A stretch of DNA of 47,697 nt from Ministeria vibrans ATCC 50519 (Eukaryota > Protista > Filasterea), in NCBI GenBank assembly GCA_943704425.1, contig CALSCP010002677.1, positions 28,884-76,580 on the forward strand, given 5' to 3'. This document shows, in pieces, positions 38,295 through 47,697 of this stretch (its first letter is position 1; each line of letters opens with the position of its first letter). The position numbers and the translations under genes were made by a program. The notes under the pieces were generated by a model. The model saw nothing but the letters and a program-made list of their open reading frames with translations, had not been told where the DNA came from and searched no databases.

Positions 38295-41200
38295 GGGAGG
38301 GAGAAAGAAACAAAGTGATATCAGGTGAATATTTTACCTCATCAATGTCGGATTCGCAGTGGGTTCCGGTGTAGCCTGGGACACACTGACACGAGTAGCG
38401 AGCGACATGGTCCACACAAGTGGCACCGTTGCGACACGGACTCGAAGCGCACTCGTCAACAGCCGTGGCGCAGGTGTCGCCCTGGTAACCAGCGGCACAG
38501 GCACACGAGAATGAGTTCACCTGGTCCGAACATGTACCGCCATTCGCACACGGGTTCGACGCACACTCGTTCTTGTTGGTCGCGCATGTGTTTCCAATGT
38601 AGCCGGCAAGGCAGTCGCATGAAAATCCATTGACTGCGTCGGTACACGTTCCTCCATTCAGACAGGGACCCATCGCACAGTCGTCGATATTCTGCGAACA
38701 GATGGTGCCGGTGTAGCCGGTGACACAGTTACACGTGAACCTATTGACGCCGTCTACGCACGTGCCCTGGTTGACACACGGGTTCGACGCACACTCATTC
38801 GTGTTGGTGGCACACGTGTCGCCCGCATAGCCAACAACACAGGCACAGCTAAAGGCATTCACTTGGTTGGTGCACGTGCCTCCATTGGCACACGGGTTCG
38901 ACAGACACTCGTTCACTTCGCTAGCACATGTGACACCAATGAAGCCAGCAAGACAGTCACAGGTAAATCCGCCGGTAGCATCCACACAAGTGGCGCTATT
39001 CTGGCACGGCGACGAGGCGCACTCGTCGACGTTCGCCTCGCATGTCGGTCCAAAGAAGCCCGTCACACAGTCACACGTGTACGCGTTTACCTGGTCGACA
39101 CACGAACCACCATTCTTGCAGGGTGCGCCCACACATTCATCAATGTTCTCGGCACACAGTGCGCCACTCCAGCCGGCCACACACGAGCACACGTAGCTAT
39201 TGACGTGGTCCTCACAGGTGGCCCCGTTGGCGCAAGGCGATGACGCACACTCGTCAATGGCCTCGGAACAGACCAAGCCCTGATGGCCCGCGGGACACTC
39301 GCAAGCAAACTGACCAATACTGTTGGCGCATGTTCCGCCGTTCTCGCACGGACTTGATGCACACTAATCAAAAAGTAAGAACAAAAAAACGATCTCTCTC
39401 ATTTCCATGTTTGATTCAAACCTCATCAATGTCAATGGAGCAGTCATCTCCAGCGTAGCCTCCGATACACTGACAGGAAAAGCCATTTGTAAGGTCGGTG
39501 CAGGTACCATCGTGGAGGCAGGGCGAAGAGGTACACTCATCAACACCGCCGTCACAGACGACACCCGCAAAGCCATTCGGGCAGTTGCAGGAAAAGGAGC
39601 CGACGAGGTCGTTGCAGGTGCCGCCGTTGGCACAGGGCGTTGAAGCGCACTCGTTGATCTCGACATCGCACAGCGCGCCAGTGAAACCAGTGGCACAGGC
39701 ACAGGCGAACATATCGGGGCGTGTGGTCGCAAGCACAGTCACAATTCCAGTCATTTGCGGATGGACATTGCACGCGTAGGGCACAGAGCCTGCATTGTTA
39801 AACGTCTGAAGGTAGACGCTGCTGGCAGGAAGCGAAGTCGAGTCAAACGTGGCCACCGAGCCTGCCTGGGATGTCACCGAGTGTGGCAGTCCATCGGTGA
39901 ACGTCCACTGCACTGTGTCACCCGCATAGACAGTTGTCCGGATGGGAAATGGACCACACGCAAGGCACCAATTCACATTCACCGTGAGCGGCTTCCCTTG
40001 CGAACACACACCGCTATTCTGGCAGGGCGACGACGCACACTCATCAATGTCAGAATCACACACATCGCCAGTAAAACCAGCGGCACAGCCACATGTGAAT
40101 CCATTGACAATGTCCGCACACAGTCCACCATTCAAGCATGGATTCGAATCACACTCATCAATATCATCCGCACACGTTGTGCCCGTGTAGCCCGCCACAC
40201 ATGAGCATACAAACGCGTCGATGTTGTTGGCACAGGCAGCGCCATTTTGACAAGGCGATGAAGCACACTGAAAAAAAAAGCGTCAAAACTACAATAATTC
40301 TTATTTGATTCTATTTCAAACCTCATTGATGTCCGCGTCACAAAGAGTGCCGGTGTAGCCCGGGACACAGTCACAGGTGTATCCATTGGAAATGTCAACG
40401 CACGCGGCACCATTCTGACAGGGGTCCGAGGCGCACTCATCCGTGTCTACAGTGCACGTGAGACCGTGCCAGCCCGAGGTGCAGGCACACGTGAAACCGT
40501 TGACGGCGTCCGTACATTCACCATTGTTGGCACATGGATTCGAGGCGCACTCGTCGACGTCAACGCTGCAGTGGTCACCCGAGAAGCCCAAAGCACACGC
40601 ACACGAGTACTCGTTAATTGTGTCAGAACAGGTGGCGCCATTCAAGCACGGGTTTGAAGCGCACTCGTCAATGTCCAATTGGCACGCAATGCCATTGTAT
40701 CCCGCCTTGCAGGCACAACTGAATCCATCCACCATATCAGTGCAGGTGCCCTCATTCTGACAGGGTGCTGAGGCGCACTCGTTCACCTCCACTTCACAAT
40801 GGTCGCCATTGAAGCCTGGCGCGCACTGGCACGAATATCCCGAAGGAGGTGCCGTCACAGTGAGCGTGCCAGTCATCGAGCCGTGCACGACACAATGGTA
40901 GCTCACCGAACCCATTTGTGTGGCAACCATCTCGTATGAGTTGGAGACCACACCCGAGTCAAATAAAAAGGCACTCGCGGCGTCGGAGGTCACCGAGTGC
41001 GAAAGTGAGTCAGTGAACGACCATCGAATAGTATCACCGAGTTCCGCAGAAGTGGCAATGGGGAAAGGACCGCACGAAGTACACCAGGGTACAGTCACAA
41101 GTTTCGCCTGGGTCTCTATACAGGTGCCACCGTTGGTGCAGGGAGATGAAGCGCACTAAAAAAAAATATGAATGGAGAATAACAATATCTGGGGGATTTT

Positions 41201-44200
41201 GTTTCCTACCTCGTTGATGTTCGACTCGCATTGGGCACCGGTGAACCCAGAAGGACACGTACACAAAAAGCCGTTGACTTGGTCATTGCAGACGGCTCCA
41301 TTCTGACAAGGACTTGAAGCACACTCGTCAATATTGTTCTCGCAGTGGGCTCCAGCATGGCCCGTGACACAATTGCAAGAGTACAGGTTCACGGCATCGA
41401 CACAGGTGGCGCCATTCTCGCACGGGTTCGAAGCGCACTCGTTGATGTCATTGTCACAAAGAGTTCCGTCATAGCCTGGCACGCAATTACAGGTAAAGCT
41501 GTTGACTAAATCGTTGCAGGTGGCGCCATTTTGGCACGGTGATGAAGCACACTCATTGATGTCATTGTCGCAAAGAGTTCCGTCATAGCCCGGCACACAT
41601 GCACATGTGTAGCCGTCAACCACGTCGTTGCAGGTGGCGCCATTTTGGCACGGCGATGACGCACACTCATCCGTGTCCACGTCACACTGTATGCCAAAGT
41701 AGCCGGGGACACAGGAGCACGAGAACTTGCCCACCTGGTCGACACAGGTGGCGCCATTCTGACATGGATTCGAAGCGCACTCGTTGATGTCATTGTCACA
41801 AAGGGATCCATCGTAGCCTAGCACGCAATTACAGGTGAAGCTGTTGACTAAATCGTTGCAGGTGGCGCCATTTTGGCACGGTGATGACGCGCACTCGTTG
41901 ATGTCGTTGTCGCAGAGAGTCCCGTCATAGCCTGGCACGCAATTACACGTAAAGCTGTTGACTAAATCGCTGCAGGTGGCGGCATTCTGGCACGGTGATG
42001 AAGCACACTCATTGATCTCCGAATCGCACAGATCGCCCTCATAGCCCGGCACACACGCACATGTGTAGCCATTGACCACGTCGTTGCAGGTGGCGCCATT
42101 TTGGCACGGCGATGACGCACACTCATCCGTGTCCACGTCACACTGTATGCCAAAGTAGCCGGGGACACAGGAGCACGAGAACTTGCCCACCTGGTCGACG
42201 CAAGTGGCGCCATTCTGACATGGATTCGAAAAGCACTCGTTGATGTCATTGTTACAAAGGGTTCCGTCATAGCCGAGCGCGCAGGTGCACGAGAACTCGT
42301 TGATGCCGTCAACGCAAGTCGCACCGTTCTGGCAGGGAATCGAGCTACACTCGAGGGTGTTGGTGGCGCACGTCGTGCCCTCATAGCCGAGCGCACAGGT
42401 ACAGGTGTACGTTGCGACACCGTCGGCACAGGTAGCGCCGTTGAGACAGGGTGTTGGCAGACAATCGTCAATGTCGGTAGCACAAAACGTGCCTGTGTAG
42501 CCCGCCTCACAGGTACATGTGAAACCATCAACTTGATCGTTGCAAGTGGCACCATTCTCGCAGGGTCCCGATGCACACTCGTTGATGTCGGAGTCACATT
42601 TGGTGCCGGAGTAGCCTGCCTTACAGGAGCAGGAGCCCACCTGATCTTGACACTCCTGCGATGTAGAGCCGGTGGTGGAACACCCACATGGAGTACACAT
42701 ATCCAAGCCATTGGCAACGCTTGTCAGGTAGTAGTTCAAGGCGCACTCGGCGCATGTTGTAGAGGTGGGGGAAGTACACTGAGACGAGACGCAGTTGGTA
42801 GTGGCGGGACAAGGCGAACAAGTGGCAGCGCCACCTGTGACCTGTGCGCCAAAAAAACCATCCAGGCACGAGCAAGTGTATGAACCAATGGTGTTGGTGC
42901 ACCGTGAGCGAGTCTGATCACACAAATCAGTGCCCAGCGCACATTCGTTCACATCTGTTGCACAAGTGGTACTGGTGAAGCCGGGGGCACAAATGCACGT
43001 CGAGCCGACACAGCGACCACCGTTCTCACAAGTCACACTGCACACGCCGCGCATGGCCGCATAGAAGACAAGGCTACCACCCTCAAGACCGTCACACGAG
43101 CCGGTTACGGACCACGAGCCGAGTGCCTAGAAAGAAGAGAAACAAAAAGAGGAAAGAGGTAAGAACTGTAGCGTTTGATTTGTGTTTAATACCTTTGAGC
43201 AGCCGTAGCCCGCATCATAATCCTGCACAACGTTTGAGTAGCTGTAGAGATACGAGTTGCTGCATCCACTATTTAGCATTCGGTAGGTCTACAAGAGAGA
43301 TATTTATTGCATGGTTGTGAGGGCGTTTTCATTTTGCACTCACCGATGAGTGTTGATCGGGAGCGCCACTGGTAATGGCAAAGTCGCCACCACCCGAGTA
43401 GAGGGTGAGGGTGTAAGCAAGGACGGCGGACGCGGAGGTACCACTGGAGTCGGTGACGGTGACACTGGTGAGGGTTGCGGTGGTGGCGGGTGAGGCGAGC
43501 AAACGCGAGTCAAAGAGAGGCTTGTCGACCTTGAGGTAGACACCGTTGGCCGGACGCACCAGGATGGATTCGGTGGAGACGGAGCCCAGTGCGGCCTTTT
43601 GAGCGCGGTTCAAACTGGACGCTCTGCTTGTAGGTACATTGAGGTTGTATTCGTCACCCACGAGCGGAACTTCGTCATCAGCGCCCACAAACGACGCAAT
43701 CACAGTCCATCCGCCGCCTAAATTATTACATTTTAGTGTTCGCATTGTGTTGGGTTGTATTTTACCGTCGGTTGTCATGTCACAGTAGACGGTGAAGGGA
43801 TCAAGGCCCTCGTCCGTCCCATCAGGGTCAATCATGTAGAAGCCCGAGAGAGAACCTGCCGGCAGAGCCCCACACGTCGCGTACACGTCGAGGTTCTGTT
43901 TGATCCACACTTGATGAACGGAAGCAGCTTCGGAGCTAATGAAACAATGAATGAGGCGAATTATCATAATTGTTATGAACATCCTTATGATTTACTCGTT
44001 GGGATGGTCATCGCACTCCCAACGGGTACCACCGCCCGCGATACCCCAATGATTCGCGCCGCCAAGGTAGAACGGAAAGTTTGTGAAGCCACCTGTGGAG
44101 CCAGTAAAGCCAGCAGAGGTGGCCAGAGGCAACACACCAGTGTGATCAGGCATGAGAGTGATGTCAGTCTTCCAAAGGGCAGGGGTATTGGTGACCTGCG

Positions 44201-46079
44201 AGCCAGTGTTGGCAATGGCGTTCAAAGCTGCGCTGGCGGGAGTCTTGAAATGGATGATGCGCGAGTGCAGCGATGTGGTGCAGTAGAACTCGAGAGTGTC
44301 GCCTGCCGACGCAAAAACGCCGACGCTGTTGAGATTGACGCTGCTGAATCCAGTGGAGGGGCTCTGGGGCACGGCGTTGACAAGCGCCGGGTTGACCGAG
44401 GCCGCCTTGACATACGCCAGGAAGAGCATATTGCCAAAGGTGTCACAGAAGAAACTGTTAGTGACGGCGCCGCCGGGGCCATCGGGATCAAGAATGTGTG
44501 TCGTGGCCGAGGACGGGTTGGTTGGACAGCGAGCGGGCGCAGAACGGACTGCCATAAAAAACTTGAGCAGTCCACCTTCGGCGCCGTTGCACCCGTCCGT
44601 TGCTCCCCACGATCCCAATCCGGTGTTCACATCGTAGCCAGCATCGTTGTCGCTATGGAGTGGTAGTTTGTAAATTTTTTTTGGAAAATACTGGTGAGTA
44701 GGTTTTTTAGCCTTACGCTGATGCGCTACTGAAGCTATAGAGAAACATTGAACCGCACCCAGTATTGAGGTTGTAGTACGAGTCGGTGTTATGATGGTCA
44801 ATGTGCGTGCCAAGGCCGACATCACCGCCAGAGATAGAGAGAGCCTCGTTGCCGGTGAAACCCCACTTGGCAAAGCTGGTCGTGCCATCGTTCGCCTCGA
44901 TTGTGACAGGCTCGACGACATAGCCGCCTTCAAGGAGACGCTGATTGAAGGGCACCTGACTCATCTTGAGCCAAACTTGCTCACCCTGACGTACGAAAAT
45001 GGTCTCGGTTGACAGCTCGGAGAGGAGTACCTTTGCGGCGCGATCGATATTGAACGCTTGCAGAGTGGGCGCGAGAGGGTTGCCCGACACAGCCGTGTCA
45101 CTGGTCATTGCACGTTCGTTGTCGGCGCCCGTTGCAGCATACAGAATGGTGTAGGCTGGACCGCCATCGGGCGGGAAGTAGCACGGGACGATAATTGCAG
45201 ACTGCTCGGACTCGGGGCGAATGAGGTAGCGACCTGACACGGTGGACACAGCGGGCAGGTCAGAGCATGTCTTGGCGGTGCTGGTCGTGGGTGTGCGCGA
45301 GGTAGTGGCGCGGTACCAGATGTTGTGGAGGGTTTTTTGGGACGCGTCATTGGTGTAGTCATCGCATTCGAATCGTGTGCCTACGCCACGAATTCCCCAG
45401 TGGTACTGGCCACCAACCCAGAAGGGGAACTGGGTGAGTGAGTCGGTGCTGCCAGAATAGCCAGAGGTGGTCGCCAGAGGCAGATTGGCATTCTGGAAGG
45501 TGAGCGGTTGAGTGTGCTGAGTATAGTCGCTGACAACAAACTGCTGCTGGAGCGTCTCTGCGGCAACAAGAAGACGTGCGGCGTCCGTCTTGAAGTGGAT
45601 GGTGCGCGTGTGACCCGACGTCTCGCAGTAGAAGATAAGCTCATCACCAATCAGAGGTGTGTTGGCGGCGAGTGCCATGTTGGAGTAGCCCGAGCGCGAT
45701 GAAGTGGGCATTTGATTGCCAACGAGCGCATTGTTGGCATTGGCTGCGTGTGCGTACGACAAGAACAGCTGGTAGCCGCCACCGTCAGTGACCTATAAAA
45801 ATAAAAGAAGCAGTTTTTTCTGAGACTGTGTTGAGAGTTAACGTTACATACCTGGTCGCAAAATACGTGTTGGGGATTAGCACCAGTGCCGGCGGGGTCA
45901 ATGAGACGGAGGCCCGAGGTGATATCACCGCGAGAGACACGCCATTCTTGGCACGAGGCAGGCAGGGGATCGCGTAGGGCGATGCGGACGTGGAAGCGAC
46001 CGCGAGAGCCTATATGAAAATTAAAATGACAGTTATTATTATTATTGTTATTATTATTATTATTATTATTGTTATTATT

Positions 46080-46124
<45 letters not shown>

Positions 46125-47493
46125 TTTGTTATTATTATTATTATTGTTATTTTTTTATTACTTTTTTTCGTGGTCTCATACCTTCGGTATCATCACACGA
46201 ATCTGTGGCGGTCCATGCGCCAAGACCGGTGTTAACATCAAGGCCCGTGTCGCCGTCAGAGGCAATACCGCTGTAACTGTACAAGAGCATACTACTGCAC
46301 GCAGTGTTGAGCAGACGGAAAGACGAGGAGTGCAGGTCAAAGCTGGTTGTGGTCACGCCAATTTCGCCGCCACCCGCCGTGTTGAATGTCGAGTAGCCTT
46401 GACGCGCGCTTGTCGTCTCGCCACTTGAGATTTTCACGGAGACCGGAACATTGGTCCAGTGATTGCTGGCGTCGAGGTTGGCGTCAAGCAGCGAGGCCGA
46501 AGTGCGCATCCAGGCGCCCGATGGGCGCGAGTAGAGCGTGCTGGCCGACCGAGCGCCCAGGGTCTTCTTGAATGCCATGGGGAGGTTGTAGAAGGACACG
46601 GGGGTGCCCGCCTCAAGGGGGTTGCCATCGGTGCTCACAGCCGACGAGGCAGTCGATGTAATCTGGAGCAAAAATATTGTATTATTAGTAGAATGAATGA
46701 AAGAGAAAATAAGTTTGATCTACCTGCGCTTGTCCATCGGCGCCTGAAGTGGCATAGACAATAGTCCAACCGCCTCCATCGGTGGTCATATCACAGAAGA
46801 CCTGCTGTGCACCAACGGAGCCAAAGGGACCGTCGGGATCGACGAGGTAGCTGCCCGAGAGCGACGTGGGGGGGAGTTGGGAGCAAGAGCGAGGGAGTTC
46901 GCGTGGCGTTGCTTGAGCGGGACGCATTGCGACAAGGAATTGGAGGGAAGCAGTGGGAGCACTGTTGCAGGTGGCGGTGACGTGCCACGAGCCCAGAGCC
47001 TGGTTTACATCGTAGGAGGCAGGGCCACCATAGTTGTACAGGATGGAGTTGGCACAGTCTTCATTTAATGCAATGTAATTGGGTCCATGTTGATCCGGTG
47101 GGCTACCCGTCACGACGGAAAAGTCACCGCCTGCCGAGTTACCATAGTTTGCGTATGCCTGATACGCCGCCGTGGTCGTACCGTCGCTGGCGGTGGCCGT
47201 GGTCGACACAACGCGGTAGGTGTTGGGCGTGTTCAGGTTGGCGTCAAAGAGCGCGTGAGATGTCGTGAAAAATGAGGTGCGATCGAAGCGCAAGAACAGT
47301 GACTCTCCACTAGAAAGAAAAAAAAAGAATCGAATAATGTTACAATAAAAAATGTGACGGGAGACTTAGTACACACTTACCTAATTGCACTGAGGGCCAT
47401 TTTGGTCGCACGGTTGACATTGAAAGGGACGGGTGTTGTGCCCAGTGGGTTTCCTGTGATAGGCGTGTCGGACGTGAGAGACTGCTCGCCAGC
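36778..47493 (-). CDS. 3' part of a giant type-I membrane protein: fibrinogen-like (YCDxxxxGGGW) modules, about 34 EGF repeats, laminin-EGF, furin-like Cys repeats, two cupredoxin inserts, SEA-like domain, TM, Tyr-bearing tail (5' end outside window)
   Basis: All exons from 47493 to 36778 join in frame through GT-AG introns. Repeated [12 protein letters not shown] heads; [16 protein letters not shown] repeats; [28 protein letters not shown]; tail ending [11 protein letters not shown]. Confidence 0.85.
38018..38320. repeat. Intronic compound satellite (AGAGTTCAAG, GAAACAAAGTGATA, (GA)n)
   Basis: Lies within the last intron of the giant receptor. Confidence 0.9.
39734..39994 (-). other. Cupredoxin (type-1 copper) domain 2 inside an EGF repeat of the giant receptor
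   Basis: [18 protein letters not shown]...FDS...[25 protein letters not shown]. Confidence 0.85.
40856..41107 (-). other. Cupredoxin (type-1 copper) domain 1 inside an EGF repeat of the giant receptor
   Basis: [18 protein letters not shown]...FDSG...[19 protein letters not shown]. Confidence 0.8.
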
Positions 47494-47516
47494 CTGAGAG
47501 AAAAAGGAGTGAGATA

Positions 47517-47697
<181 letters not shown>

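Noticed and set aside
36778-47493. Calling the EGF receptor a Notch orthologue
   Set aside because: It has no LNR, NOD, RAM or ankyrin domains.

Overview
This is a gene-dense, intron-containing eukaryotic window. SH2/SH3 domains, Notch-type EGF arrays, a metazoan-type ClpX zinc finger and the flagellar cyclophilin PPIL6 suggest a flagellated unicellular holozoan or relative (inference only). I reconstructed 13 protein-coding genes by hand from GT-AG splice sites. In order: an SH3-SH2-DUF4062-NACHT-TPR protein, Drp1/DNM1L, THADA, YAE1-like, a rhodanese-DSP pseudophosphatase, a monoacylglycerol lipase, TAP42/IGBP1, two tandem NSDHL/3-beta-HSD-like genes, a membrane-anchored BBE-like FAD oxidase, mitochondrial ClpX, PPIL6, and the 3' ~10.7 kb of a giant type-I membrane protein. 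Two observations stand out. (1) The giant receptor carries two cupredoxin (blue-copper) domains with intact His/Cys/His/Met ligand sets, each inserted inside an EGF repeat of a Notch-like array. (2) A STAND/NLR-like NTPase carries an N-terminal SH3 (split by an intron and invisible in the ORF track) plus an SH2. No rRNA, tRNA, CRISPR array or recognisable transposon was found. All gene models are manual and need RNA-seq confirmation.
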